The notes under the pieces are model-generated. The model worked only from the letters and a program-made list of their open reading frames with translations. It did no database searches and had not been told where the DNA came from. 64,000 nt of DNA from an uncultured Solirubrobacterales bacterium (GTDB lineage: Bacteria > Actinomycetota > Thermoleophilia > Solirubrobacterales > JBBDJG01). Positions 45,732 to 55,870 of the stretch are shown piece after piece. How positions within the stretch are numbered: the stretch's first letter is position 1; the number at the start of each line of letters is the position of its first letter. Made by a program: the position numbers and the translations under genes. The stretch is taken from positions 152,462-216,461 of the forward strand of contig OY970293.1 in assembly GCA_963716195.1 (NCBI GenBank). Reading direction: 5' to 3'.

Positions 45732-46388
45732 TTGGAAGAGCGAAACGAGGAAGTACAGGAGACGCCGGAGGGCCAGGAACCGAGCGAGCAGCCGGAACCC
45801 TCCGAGGAAAGCGCCCCCGCGAGCCAGGTCGACGAAGCCGGCACGGCTGACGAGCCCGATATCGCCGCGGAGTTGATCGCAGAGACCACCCCGGCGGCCG
45901 AGCCAAAGGTGGAGGACCAGCTCCCATCCGGGGAGGAGACGGAGGAAACACCGCCCCAGGCCGAGGAGGCACCCGCACGGGAGCTCGTCGAGCTCGCGAG
46001 CGAGGCGCGTTACTTTGCGACCGGGAAGCGCAAATCAGCGGTGGCGCGGGTGATCGTCCGCCCTGGCAAAGGCGCCTTCGATCTCAACGGCCGCCCGCTC
46101 GAGGTCTACTTCCCCCGTCCGCGACACCAGGCCGTGGTGCGCCAGCCGCTCGAGGCCACCGGTTACCTCGAGCGCGTCGACATCCGCGCTCGCATCCACG
46201 GCGGCGGAATCTCGGGACAGGCGGGAGCTGTCCGGCACGGAATCGCGAAGGCTCTGATCGAGGTGGACCCGAACCTGCGCGGTGAGCTCAAACGCCGCCA
46301 GTTCCTGACGCGCGACCCGCGCGAGAAGGAGCGTCGCAAGGCAGGATTGAAGAAGGCGCGCAAGCGACCTCAGTTCTCGAAGCGGTAG
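45732..46388 (+). CDS. rpsI: 30S ribosomal protein S9 with an acidic N-terminal extension of about 85 aa
   Basis: The C-terminal 130 aa are canonical S9 ([10 protein letters not shown]...[19 protein letters not shown]...[26 protein letters not shown]). The N-terminus is E/P/T-rich and low-complexity. Confidence 0.9.
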   Translation: MEERNEEVQETPEGQEPSEQPEPSEESAPASQVDEAGTADEPDIAAELIAETTPAAEPKVEDQLPSGEETEETPPQAEEAPARELVELASEARYFATGKRKSAVARVIVRPGKGAFDLNGRPLEVYFPRPRHQAVVRQPLEATGYLERVDIRARIHGGGISGQAGAVRHGIAKALIEVDPNLRGELKRRQFLTRDPREKERRKAGLKKARKRPQFSKR

Positions 46389-46397
46389 CCAGCGCGC

Positions 46398-47747
46398 ATG
46401 GCGCTGGCGTCCAAGACGAAGCTGTTCGGTACGGACGGCGTCAGGGGCCGTGTAGGAGAATTCCTCACCCCTGAGCTGGCATTCGCGCTCGGTCGCGCGT
46501 CCGTAGCAGTGTGCGGCAAGCCCGCTCCGCAGGTGCTCGTAGTACGTGACACCCGCGAGTCCGGAGAGATGCTCGAGTCGGCGCTCTGCGCCGGCATCGC
46601 GGCCGGCGGGGGACACGCGCTGCTGGCCGGGGTACTACCCACGCCCGCTGCGGCCGTGCTCGTGCGCAGACTCGGTCTGGACCTGGCGGTCGTGATCTCG
46701 GCGTCGCACAACCCCTATCACGACAACGGCATCAAGTTCTTCTCGGAGGAGGGGCGCAAGCTCTCGGACGAGATGGAGACGGCGATCGAGGAGCAGGTCG
46801 GGATTGCGCCGGCCGGGGTCGCGAGCGGCCACGTGCGCGCTCTCGCGGGTGCGCTCGACGATTACCTGCGTGAGCTGGCGTCGCAGTACCAGCTCGACCT
46901 GTCCGGCGCGCGCGTCCTGCTGGACTGCGCCAACGGCGCCACGTACCGGTCCGCGCCCCTCATGTTCGAGCGCTTGGGCGCGCAGGTGGACGCGATCGCG
47001 TGCGAGCCCGACGGCACCAACATCAACGCGGGTTGCGGGTCGACGCACATGGAGGCCCTCGTCGAGCGAATGCAGAAGGGCGAGCACGACGTCGGCTTCG
47101 CGTTCGACGGTGATGGAGACCGCATGCTCGCAGCCGATCGCGACGGACGCATCGTCGACGGCGACGAGATCATCGCGAACGCAGCGATTCATCTGCGCGA
47201 CCGTGGCGAGCTCGCCGGCAACGGCGTCGTGGTCACGGTGATGACGAACTACGGCTTTCACCAGGCGATGGGCGGGGCGGGAATCGATGTGGCAACGACC
47301 AAGGTGGGCGACCGCTACGTCGTGGAAGAGCTTTTCAAGCGCAACTGGGTGCTCGGCGGCGAGCAGTCCGGTCACACCATCGACAGGCGCTTTACGCCGT
47401 CCGGCGACGGCATCGCCGCGGCGCTCCTGCTGCTCGAGTCGCTCGGCGGCCGGGACCTCGCTCAGGTCCACGCAATCGAAAAGCTGCCGCAGCGCCTGAT
47501 CAACGTGAAGGTGGGGGACAGGGAGGCGTTCGAGCGCTCTCAGGCGGTGCGCGACGCGATCGAGTCGGAGTCGACGGCCCTGCAGCAGCGCGGCCGCGTC
47601 CTCGTGCGTCCCTCTGGAACCGAGCCACTGGTCCGTGTCATGGTCGAGGCGCCGACGCCGGAGGAATGCGAGACGGTCGCCACCCGCCTGGTCGAGGTGG
47701 TGGAAAACGAGCTGGGGGTCGCAAACGGCCGTCCAGAGCGCGCCTAA
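46398..47747 (+). CDS. glmM: Phosphoglucosamine mutase
   Basis: 449-aa ORF: LFGTDGVRG, SASHNPYHDNGIKFF (phosphoserine loop), DGDGDR (Mg site), GEQSGH. Confidence 0.95.
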   Translation: MALASKTKLFGTDGVRGRVGEFLTPELAFALGRASVAVCGKPAPQVLVVRDTRESGEMLESALCAGIAAGGGHALLAGVLPTPAAAVLVRRLGLDLAVVISASHNPYHDNGIKFFSEEGRKLSDEMETAIEEQVGIAPAGVASGHVRALAGALDDYLRELASQYQLDLSGARVLLDCANGATYRSAPLMFERLGAQVDAIACEPDGTNINAGCGSTHMEALVERMQKGEHDVGFAFDGDGDRMLAADRDGRIVDGDEIIANAAIHLRDRGELAGNGVVVTVMTNYGFHQAMGGAGIDVATTKVGDRYVVEELFKRNWVLGGEQSGHTIDRRFTPSGDGIAAALLLLESLGGRDLAQVHAIEKLPQRLINVKVGDREAFERSQAVRDAIESESTALQQRGRVLVRPSGTEPLVRVMVEAPTPEECETVATRLVEVVENELGVANGRPERA

Positions 47748-47821
47748 ACCCCTGTTCTAGTCGCCGCGACAGGGGGAGCGTCTGGTGGTACGATTTTCTT
47801 CGCCCGCGCGGGGTATCGCTG

Positions 47822-47854
47822 GAGAGCCGCAGAGCAGCGGCTCTTTTCGGTTTT
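47822..47854 (+). terminator. Intrinsic terminator after glmM
   Basis: AGAGCCGC-AGAGCA-GCGGCTCT stem followed by TTTTCGGTTTT. Confidence 0.75.
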
Positions 47855-47898
47855 AGAGAAAAGGATTTCTTCCCGCCAACTGGTACGGAGGCATCAAT

Positions 47899-49785
47899 AT
47901 GTGCGGAATCGTTGGATACGTCGGGGAGCGCTCGTGTCAGGAGCTTCTTCTCCACGGCCTGGAGCGTCTCGAGTATCGGGGATATGACTCAGCCGGCCTT
48001 TCGCTGGTCAACGGAGGCACCATCGAATCGGTGCGCTCTGTCGGCAACCTGAGCCGTCTACGCGAGGCCGTCGTCGCCGCGAACGGCAATGGCTCCCATC
48101 ACAGCGATGTCGCCACCTACGTCCACGAGGCGACGACCGGCATCGGTCACACGCGCTGGGCAACGCACGGCAAGCCCTCCGAGCGCAATGCGCATCCCCA
48201 TCCCGACTGCGGCGGGCAAGTGCACATCGCTCTCAACGGCATCGTCGAGAACTACGTCGAGCTGCGCGCGGAGCTGGAGGCCGACGGCCACCACTTCGCC
48301 TCCGAGACCGACGCAGAGGTGGTTGCACACCTGATCGAGAAGTACCTGCTGGAGCTCGGCGACGACGCGACGCTCGCGGAGGCGACTCGTCTCGCCTACC
48401 TCGACCTGCGCGGCCACTATGCGTTCGTCGCGGTGTGGGTCGGAGAGCCGCAGCTGATCGTCGGTGCGCGCAAGGAGTGCCCGCTCGTGGTCGGCGTCGG
48501 CAAAGAGGAGCACTTCATCGCCTCCGCGATCCCGGCCTTCCTGCGCGAGACGCGCAGCGCACAGCTGGTGAACGATGACGAGATCGTCGCGGTGCGGGCC
48601 GATGGGGTTCACTTCATGAGCGCTGCCGGCGAGCCGATCTGGCGCGAGGTCGAGGAGGTCCTCTGGGACGACGACGCCGCCGAGAAGTCCGGCTACCCGA
48701 CTTTCATGCTCAAGGAGATCCACGAGCAGTCGGACGCGGTTGCGGAGACGATCGCCGACCGGTTGCCGCATGCCGACAGCGTCGAGCTCGGTGACCTCGG
48801 CAACATCACGGACGAGGACCTCGCAAGCGTGCGACGGATCGTGATCGTCGCCTGCGGGACCTCTTACCACGCCGGCCTCGTCGGTCGCTATGCGATCGAG
48901 GAATGGGCACGGTTGCCCGTCGAGATGGACATCGCCTCCGAGTACCGCTACCGCAACCCGGTCGTGGGCCCGGAGGACCTCGTGATCGGCATCTCGCAAT
49001 CCGGCGAGACCGCTGACACGCTTGCCGCGATGCGCCTGGCACGCAGCTATGGCGCGAAGGTGCTCGCCATCACCAACATCCTCGGCAGCCAGGCCACTCG
49101 TGACGCCGACGGCGTTCTGTACACGCGGGCAGGCCTCGAGATCGGGGTCGCCGCGACGAAGACATTCGTGGCACAGGTCATTGCGATGTACCTGCTCGGT
49201 CTCCGGTTGAGCGAGCTGCGCGGGACGTTCAGCCGCAAGGAGATGAAACGGCTGATCGCCGAGGTGAAGGCCATCCCGCACAAGATCGAGGAGCTGATCG
49301 CCAACTGTGAGCAGGAGATGCGGGTGATCGCGCGTCAGTACCACGAGCGCGACTTCTTCCTGTACCTCGGACGCCACATCGGCCTGCCCGTATGCCTCGA
49401 GGGCGCGCTGAAGCTGAAGGAGATCTCCTACATCCCGACCGACGCGTATGCGGCGGGCGAGATGAAGCACGGGCCGATCGCCCTTCTGGACAAGTCGACT
49501 CCCGTCATCTGCGTTGCGACCGACAGCCCGATTCTCGACAAGATCCTCTCCAACGCCGAAGAGGTGAAGGCTCGCGGCGCTGAGGTGATCGGTATTGCAA
49601 CCGAGGGTCAGGCGCGCGTCGCGGGAGTTGCGGACCGCACGGTGTACGTACCGCGCACGGATTGGATCCTGCAGCCGGTGCTCGCCGTTATTCCGCTCCA
49701 GCTGCTCGCGTACCACATCGCCCGCCTGCGCGACCTGAACGTCGACCAGCCGCGGAACCTGGCGAAGACGGTCACGGTCGAGTAA
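47899..49785 (+). CDS. glmS: Glutamine--fructose-6-phosphate aminotransferase
   Basis: MCGIVGYVG N-terminal nucleophile Cys, two SIS domains, C-terminal NLAKTVTVE. Confidence 0.95.
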   Translation: MCGIVGYVGERSCQELLLHGLERLEYRGYDSAGLSLVNGGTIESVRSVGNLSRLREAVVAANGNGSHHSDVATYVHEATTGIGHTRWATHGKPSERNAHPHPDCGGQVHIALNGIVENYVELRAELEADGHHFASETDAEVVAHLIEKYLLELGDDATLAEATRLAYLDLRGHYAFVAVWVGEPQLIVGARKECPLVVGVGKEEHFIASAIPAFLRETRSAQLVNDDEIVAVRADGVHFMSAAGEPIWREVEEVLWDDDAAEKSGYPTFMLKEIHEQSDAVAETIADRLPHADSVELGDLGNITDEDLASVRRIVIVACGTSYHAGLVGRYAIEEWARLPVEMDIASEYRYRNPVVGPEDLVIGISQSGETADTLAAMRLARSYGAKVLAITNILGSQATRDADGVLYTRAGLEIGVAATKTFVAQVIAMYLLGLRLSELRGTFSRKEMKRLIAEVKAIPHKIEELIANCEQEMRVIARQYHERDFFLYLGRHIGLPVCLEGALKLKEISYIPTDAYAAGEMKHGPIALLDKSTPVICVATDSPILDKILSNAEEVKARGAEVIGIATEGQARVAGVADRTVYVPRTDWILQPVLAVIPLQLLAYHIARLRDLNVDQPRNLAKTVTVE

Positions 49786-49798
49786 CCAAGGCCGGCCT

Positions 49799-50161
49799 AT
49801 GGGCATAGCGGGTCTCGGCATCGACGTGCTCGAGATCGATCGCCTCGAGCGCGCGCTCGAGCGGTGGCCACGCCTGCCGGAGCGCCTCTTCACCGAGGCT
49901 GAGCGCAATTACGCCGCCGAGCGGGCGCGCCCCGCGCAACACCTCGCGGCGCGCTTCTGCGCGAAGGAGGCGGTCGCGAAGTCGCTCGGGATCGAGGGCT
50001 GGAGCTTCACCGACGTCGAGGTGCTGCCGGGAACACCGCCGACCGTGCGTCTGAGCGGCCGCGCCGAACAGCGCGCGAAGAATCTTGGAGTGTCAGTACA
50101 TGTCTCGCTCACCCACTCGCGAGGCACGGCGGCGGCGGTTGCGCTGGCGAGCAGTAGTTGA
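49799..50161 (+). CDS. acpS: Holo-[acyl-carrier-protein] synthase
   Basis: 120-aa ORF: GLGIDVLEIDRLERAL...FTEAERNYA...LAARFCAKEAVAKSLG...SLTHSRGTAAAVAL. Confidence 0.85.
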   Translation: MGIAGLGIDVLEIDRLERALERWPRLPERLFTEAERNYAAERARPAQHLAARFCAKEAVAKSLGIEGWSFTDVEVLPGTPPTVRLSGRAEQRAKNLGVSVHVSLTHSRGTAAAVALASSS

Positions 50162-50188
50162 CGACTGTGGGTCGCGGCCCATCTCCGG

Positions 50189-50462
50189 GATGGGCATCGA
50201 GGGAGGGTGTGTCATTGCGCTCGGCTGACGAGCTGAGTTGGACGAGACACCGACGGGGTTGTGCCGGTTCTTCCGCCTAGCGACCGTTCGCGACATCCGC
50301 GTAACACCGCCCATCATCGAGTGAACACTTGGAGGACCCACAGGCCCCTCAACTGTTCAGTCGACAGGTGGCCCCTCACAGGTGGGTCAACATCTTTCAT
50401 TCAGGTGCGCGACTTGCGAGGTTCCGCAAAACTATCGTCACAATCCCCTTCGATGCCCGCCC
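50189..50462 (+). repeat. Copy D of the inverted-arm element family (long form, 274 nt)
   Basis: 5' GATGGGCATCGAGGGAGGGTGTGTC ... 3' GTCACAATCCCCTTCGATGCCCGCC. Variant central hairpin GTGAACACTTG...CAACTGTTCAG at 50321-50360. Lies 52 nt from the nnr GTG start. Confidence 0.7.
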
Positions 50463-50514
50463 TTCCGCGGCGCGTCGAGCCAAGGGATCGACCGGTTCTA
50501 GTACCGTCGCGCGC

Positions 50515-52086
50515 GTGAGCGCGCTCCATCCCTGGCTCAGCCCTCTCTATACGGCGGAAGAGATGCGGGCCATCGACCGGTGGGCGATCGAGGAGCGTGG
50601 CATTCCGTCGCTGGAGTTGATGGAGAGCGCGGGTACCGGTGTGGCCGACGCGGTTTCCGACCTCGAGCCCAACGGGCCGGTCCGGATCGTGTGTGGCAAG
50701 GGAAACAACGGGGGCGACGGCTTGGTTGCGGCCCGCAGGCTTGCCGAGCAAGGCCTCGAGACGGACACGCTGATGCTGTGGGGTCCCGACGAGCTGAGTC
50801 CGGACGCCCGCGCGAACCATGATCGCCTGGCTTCGTCCGGCGGCACGGCGCGCGTGATCGAGGCCGGCGACTTGCCTGGGGCATTGGCCGGTTCCGGTGT
50901 GGTCGTCGACGCCCTGCTCGGAACCGGTTTCACCGGAAAGCCGCGCCCGCCGCTCGACGCTGCGATCGAGGCGATCAACGGCTGCGCCGCTCCGGTCGTG
51001 GCGGTCGACGTACCGTCCGGCGTCGATGCCTCCACCGGTGAGGTCGAGGGCGCCTGCGTGGACGCCGATCTGACGGTCACCTTCCATGCGGCGAAGCTCG
51101 GCCTCTGGGTGCTCCCGGGCAAGGAGCGAGCGGGTCACGTCGAGGTGATCGACATCGGGATCCCCGATGAGGACGGCGGACCGCTCAGCGGTTTCACCGC
51201 CGGCTTGATCCAGCCGCAGGTGCTCGACCTCGTCCCGCCCCGCGGCATCGGATCCACGAAGTTCAGCTCTGGCTCCGTGCTCGTTATCGGGGGGTCCCGA
51301 GGTCTCACGGGCGCACCGTGCATGGCGTCCGAGGCGGCGATGCGCGCCGGCGCCGGCTGGGTGCGGGCGGCAGTGCCCGGGTCGCTCGAGCCGATCTTCG
51401 AGCAGAAGCTCACCGAGGCCATGACCGTCGCCTTGCCCGATGAGAACGGCTCGCTCACCGCGGCGGCGGAGGAGCAGGTGCTCGAGGCCGTCGAGCGGGC
51501 GGATGCCGTGGCACTCGGGCCCGGCTTCGGCCGCGCGAAGCCCGCGCTCGCCCTTGCTCGCGCGCTCGCCGCGGAGATCCAGGCGCCGCTTCTGATCGAC
51601 GCCGATGGTCTCAACGCGCTGGGGAAGGACGGGCTGGAGACGCTCCGCGACAGGGACTGCGGGGCGGTGCTGACGCCGCACGCGGGTGAGCTGGCACGGC
51701 TGCTCGGCGTCGAATCGCGTGAGGTGGCCGCACACCGGCTGCGCAGCGCGTGCGCAGCCGCCGCGCGGGCGGACACCACGGTCGTGCTCAAGGGCGACGA
51801 TTCGCTGATCGTGGATGGAGAGCGCACGCCGATCGCGGTCAGCCCGGGCGGAAGCCCGGCTCTGGCGACGGCGGGCACGGGCGACGTTCTGTCTGGAGTG
51901 ATCGCGGCCTTTCTGTCCAAGGGGCTGCCGGAGTTCGAGGCTGCCTGCGCGGGCGTATACGCGCACTCGCAGGCGGGCTGGATCGCCGGCGCGGAGTTCG
52001 GCGTTGACTCCGTGATCGCATCGGACGTGATTGCGGCCGTGCCCGCCGCCTTGCGCCGCCCGGCCGAGCCGGCCGGCTCACCATGA
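50515..52086 (+). CDS. nnr: Bifunctional NAD(P)H-hydrate repair enzyme (epimerase / ADP-dependent dehydratase)
   Basis: GTG 50515: VSALHPWLSPLYTAEEMRAIDRWAIEE.GIPS..LME.AG; CGKGNNGGDG; C-terminal carbohydrate-kinase domain (GTGDVLSG). The track ORF start at 50329 reads through repeat D and is rejected. Confidence 0.85.
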   Translation: MSALHPWLSPLYTAEEMRAIDRWAIEERGIPSLELMESAGTGVADAVSDLEPNGPVRIVCGKGNNGGDGLVAARRLAEQGLETDTLMLWGPDELSPDARANHDRLASSGGTARVIEAGDLPGALAGSGVVVDALLGTGFTGKPRPPLDAAIEAINGCAAPVVAVDVPSGVDASTGEVEGACVDADLTVTFHAAKLGLWVLPGKERAGHVEVIDIGIPDEDGGPLSGFTAGLIQPQVLDLVPPRGIGSTKFSSGSVLVIGGSRGLTGAPCMASEAAMRAGAGWVRAAVPGSLEPIFEQKLTEAMTVALPDENGSLTAAAEEQVLEAVERADAVALGPGFGRAKPALALARALAAEIQAPLLIDADGLNALGKDGLETLRDRDCGAVLTPHAGELARLLGVESREVAAHRLRSACAAAARADTTVVLKGDDSLIVDGERTPIAVSPGGSPALATAGTGDVLSGVIAAFLSKGLPEFEAACAGVYAHSQAGWIAGAEFGVDSVIASDVIAAVPAALRRPAEPAGSP

Positions 52087-53219
52087 GAGACCGGGCTCTT
52101 GCCCGCATAGACCTCGCCGCCGTGCAGCACAACTGCGCCGAGCTGCGCAGGCGGCTCGGAGAGGCAGAGCTGTGCGCCGTGGTCAAGGCCGATGGATACG
52201 GGCACGGGGCGGCCTGGTGCGCACGCGCCGCGATCGCAGGCGGCGCGAGCTGGCTCGCCGTCGCGACTGCGGACGAGGCCGCAGACCTGCGCCGGCACGG
52301 GCTGCGAGGGCGCCTGCTCGTGATGGGAGCGCTCACCGCGGAGGAGGTCGAGACTGCCGTCGGTGCGGATGCCGACATGGTGGGGTGGCGTAGAGGATTT
52401 GTGGAGCTCGCAGCGCGCAAGGCGGAGGCGATGGACACCGCTGCGCGACTGCACGTCAAGTACGACACGGGCATGGGCCGCTTGGGGACGCGCGAAGTCG
52501 ATGAAGCGCGTGAGCTGACGGAGCTCGCGGCCGCCGACAAACGGCTCGAGCTCGCCGGAGTCATGACCCATCTAGCGACCGCAGACGAGATGGACTCGGA
52601 TTTCTACGACGAGCAGCTCGCGCGCTTCCGGCCTTTTGCAGAGGACGTCAAGCGCAAGCAGCCTGATTGCCTGGTACACGCGGCGAACAGCGCCGCGGTC
52701 CTGCGCGACCGCGCCTCTCACTTCGACATGGCGCGCTGCGGTGTTGCGATCTACGGGCTCGATCCCTTTCAGCGTGATCCCGCCACTCACGCCCTCGAGC
52801 CTGCGCTCACGCTGGAGTCCTACGTTGCGGACGTTAAGAGGCTGCAGACGAGGGAGAGCGCGGGGTATGGACGTACGTGGAGGACCGAGCGCGAGACGGA
52901 CATCGCGGTGCTGCCGATCGGCTATGGAGACGGCTACAGGCGGGGCCTCTCGAACCGCGCGAGCGTGATCGTGCGCGGGCGCCGCTATCCGGTGGTGGGA
53001 ACTATCAGCATGGACAACGTCACGGTCGACCTCGGGCCCGGATCGGTCGTCGAGCGCGGTGATCGCGCCGTTCTCATCGGCGTGGACGGGCAAGAGCGGG
53101 TGCTGGCGGAGGAGCTCGCGCAGCAGCTCGGGACCATCAACTACGAGGTCACGTGCGCTGTGGCCCCTCGCGTACGGCGCCTCTATCACCAGGAAGAGCA
53201 GCCGCCGTCCGGTGAGTGA
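52083..53219 (+). CDS. alr: Alanine racemase
   Basis: 378-aa ORF: AVVKADGYGHG (PLP Lys), GIAIYGL, SAGYGRTW, PIGYGDGY, MDNVTVDL. Confidence 0.9.
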   Translation: MRDRALARIDLAAVQHNCAELRRRLGEAELCAVVKADGYGHGAAWCARAAIAGGASWLAVATADEAADLRRHGLRGRLLVMGALTAEEVETAVGADADMVGWRRGFVELAARKAEAMDTAARLHVKYDTGMGRLGTREVDEARELTELAAADKRLELAGVMTHLATADEMDSDFYDEQLARFRPFAEDVKRKQPDCLVHAANSAAVLRDRASHFDMARCGVAIYGLDPFQRDPATHALEPALTLESYVADVKRLQTRESAGYGRTWRTERETDIAVLPIGYGDGYRRGLSNRASVIVRGRRYPVVGTISMDNVTVDLGPGSVVERGDRAVLIGVDGQERVLAEELAQQLGTINYEVTCAVAPRVRRLYHQEEQPPSGE

Positions 53220-54642
53220 GCAGCGCTCGCTCGCGCCCCTGATGGCGCTCTCGCAGCCGCTCGGCGTGGCGCGTGAGGCTCTCGGAGAGAACGCCTGGCT
53301 GGTGGGCGGCACGGTGCGCGACCTCTTGATGGACCGGCCGCTGCTGGACATCGACCTCGTCGTCCCCGACGACGCCGAGCAGGCGGCGGGTGCGCTCGCA
53401 CGCGCGGCCAAGGCGCACGTGTTCCCTCTTTCGGAGCGGTTTGGAGCGTGGCGCGTGATCGCACACGATCGCAGCTGGCAATCGGACGTGTCGCCACTGC
53501 GCGGCGGTTCGATCGAGGTGGATCTGCGGCTGCGCGACTTCACCGTCAACGCGATGGCTGTCCCTCTGTCCACCGGGGAGCCGCTGATCGACCCGCACGG
53601 TGGCACCGCCGACCTGGAAGCAAAGGTGTTGCGCGTGACCGCCGACAGCGCATATCGCGACGATCCCCTGCGCACGCTGCGGCTGGCGCGGTTTGCCTGC
53701 GAGCTGGGGTTCTCCGCGGAGCCCGCGACCGTAACGCTCGCCGCGCAGAGCGTGGACGCCATCGCAACTGTCGCAGCAGAGCGAAGCTTCTACGAGCTGC
53801 GGCGCCTGGTCGTCTGCGACGAAGTGATGCGCGGCTTACAGCTGATGGATGAGATCGGCCTCGTCGCCGCCCTGCTTCCGGAGTTGGAGGCGCTGAAGGG
53901 CGTCGAGCAAAATCCCTATCACCATGCCGATGTATGGGGCCACACGCTGGACGTGCTCGAGCACGTGCTCGAGCTCGAGCGCGACCCGGAGCCCGTCTTC
54001 GGTGACCTGGCGGAGCAGCTTTCCGCGGTCCTGAACGAGCCGCTCGCCGACGAGCTGACGCGCGGCCAGGCGCTCCGGCTTGCTGCGCTCACACACGACA
54101 TCGGCAAGCCCGGCACCCGCAGGATGATGGGTGAGCGTGTGCTGTTCATCGGGCACGATGAGCTTGGCGCGCAGATGAGCGCCGCGCTGTCCGCGCGATT
54201 TCACGCCAGCTCCGCGCTGTCGGACTTCCTGGCAGCGATCGCGCGCCACCACCTGCGCCTCGGCTTTCTCGTTCACGAGCGCCCGCTCGACCGCAGGCAC
54301 GTCTATCGCTACCTGCGCGCCTGCGAGCCGGTGGAGGTCGAGGTGACGGTGTTAACAGTCGCTGACCGGCTCGCGACGCGCGGTGAGCGCACTCGCGACG
54401 AGGCGATCGAGGCGCACCTGGAGGTCGCACGGCTGCTGGCGGGCGAGGCCATTCAGTGGCGGCGCGACCCACCGGTGCCGCCGCTGCGCGGGGATGAGCT
54501 GATCAAGTCGCTCGGCTTGAAGCCCGGGCCGGCGGTGGGCGAGTTGCTGGAGCGGTTGCGAGAGGCGGCGTACGTCGGCGAAGTCAGCACACCCGAGCAG
54601 GCACTGGAGCTGGCTCGCAAGGAGATGGAGAGCGGGGACTAG
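53212..54642 (+). CDS. cca: CCA-adding enzyme / poly(A) polymerase family nucleotidyltransferase with HD domain
   Basis: GTG 53212: ...WLVGGTVRDLLMDRPLLDIDLVV..., RDFTVNAMA, and an HD-domain segment LTHDIGKP. Overlaps the alr end by 8 nt. Confidence 0.8.
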   Translation: MSEQRSLAPLMALSQPLGVAREALGENAWLVGGTVRDLLMDRPLLDIDLVVPDDAEQAAGALARAAKAHVFPLSERFGAWRVIAHDRSWQSDVSPLRGGSIEVDLRLRDFTVNAMAVPLSTGEPLIDPHGGTADLEAKVLRVTADSAYRDDPLRTLRLARFACELGFSAEPATVTLAAQSVDAIATVAAERSFYELRRLVVCDEVMRGLQLMDEIGLVAALLPELEALKGVEQNPYHHADVWGHTLDVLEHVLELERDPEPVFGDLAEQLSAVLNEPLADELTRGQALRLAALTHDIGKPGTRRMMGERVLFIGHDELGAQMSAALSARFHASSALSDFLAAIARHHLRLGFLVHERPLDRRHVYRYLRACEPVEVEVTVLTVADRLATRGERTRDEAIEAHLEVARLLAGEAIQWRRDPPVPPLRGDELIKSLGLKPGPAVGELLERLREAAYVGEVSTPEQALELARKEMESGD

Positions 54643-54643
54643 A

Positions 54644-55825
54644 CTAGGTCCAGCGCTCGTCGAGGCGGCGCACGATCGCCTCGATCACCCTGATGCCGTC
54701 CGAGCAGGTGTCGTAGCGAACGTTCTCCGCGACGTCCGTGCGCCAGTGGTAGTTAGCCGGGGCCTTGTACTCGGTCACCGACCCGATGCAGGCGCACCGG
54801 TAGCCGGCTTTCAGCGCGACGAGCCCGTCGGTCGCGTTGCGAAGGCGCAGCTTCGGGAAAAGGAATACGTCGAGCTCCTTCGCGGCGCCGTCAACGAGCT
54901 CGAGTGCGGCCTGCGGATAGTCGTACATCTTCAGCATCCCCTCGCCGCGGATCGCCGTCAGGTGAGGGGATCCGATCGTGTCCACGTTCAGCACGAACGT
55001 GTCGTCGCGAGGGAGGTGCGGGAAGTGACGGTGTCCGAAGGCCTGCATCCCCTCGAGGATCGACTCCTCCGATCCGGTCGAGACGAACATCACGCGCAGG
55101 TCCGTGGCCGGTCCCTCCACCAGCGCGCGCGCTACCTCGAGTAGCCCGATCACTCCGGTCACGTTGTCGTTTGCGCCGGGAACGACCTCGCTGGCGCCGA
55201 TGTTCGCGAAGGCGGCCGCCGAGCCGGCGGCGAGCACGGTGCCCGCGGCGCTCAGGCGCTTGCTGGCGAGCGTGGCACCGAGCGCCACCAGAGCCGGGCC
55301 GGCGAGCACCGGGAACATCAAGGGCGGGCTGGTGTCGTTGCGCTCGATCGCCTGCGGGAAGTTGCGCCACACGAAGAGCGGGATGCCGGGGTGAAAGATC
55401 AGCCCGGAGTGCGCAGCGTCGTGGTGTGCGACCACCACGACGGTCCGCTTCGCGTCGCGGGGACCGAGCTCGGCCACGACGTTGTATGCGGTTCGCTGCG
55501 GCAGGCGACGGCGAAAGTGCCTGTGACCGGCGGTGAGGTCATCCCAAATCGCGCCCGCCGCAAGCGCGCCGACCGCTGCGGCGAGCAGGCTGCGCCGCCC
55601 ACGCGTCGCGAGACCCGCCAGCGCGCCCACGCCGGTGAGCAGAGCAAGCGGCGACCAGTACTCGCCGTGGACGCGCTCGGGCTCGATGCGCGCCTGGACA
55701 CCGAGCTCGGCGAACCGCGAGACGATCCACTCCGCTGCCTGGCGCTCTCCATCGGATGCGGAGGGACGGTGGATCGCCGACAGCTCGGCGACCCCGGTGC
55801 GCAGGTCATCTGTGGTGACGGCCAT
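54644..55825 (-). CDS. M28-family metallopeptidase with membrane segments
   Basis: 393-aa ORF: VVVVAHHDAAHSG, PGANDNVTGV, FVSTGSEES (zinc ligands of M28), plus central hydrophobic helices. Confidence 0.7.
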   Translation of the reverse strand: MAVTTDDLRTGVAELSAIHRPSASDGERQAAEWIVSRFAELGVQARIEPERVHGEYWSPLALLTGVGALAGLATRGRRSLLAAAVGALAAGAIWDDLTAGHRHFRRRLPQRTAYNVVAELGPRDAKRTVVVVAHHDAAHSGLIFHPGIPLFVWRNFPQAIERNDTSPPLMFPVLAGPALVALGATLASKRLSAAGTVLAAGSAAAFANIGASEVVPGANDNVTGVIGLLEVARALVEGPATDLRVMFVSTGSEESILEGMQAFGHRHFPHLPRDDTFVLNVDTIGSPHLTAIRGEGMLKMYDYPQAALELVDGAAKELDVFLFPKLRLRNATDGLVALKAGYRCACIGSVTEYKAPANYHWRTDVAENVRYDTCSDGIRVIEAIVRRLDERWT

Positions 55826-55870
55826 CGGGGCGCGGCAGCATACAGGGCTGGATCATTAATCTTTCCGGCC

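Noticed and set aside
47748-47898. A glmS ribozyme in the 150-nt leader of glmS.
   Set aside because: No recognisable core (AGCGCC...GACGAGG-type segments). The region is accounted for by the glmM terminator (47822-47854) and a GGAGG RBS.
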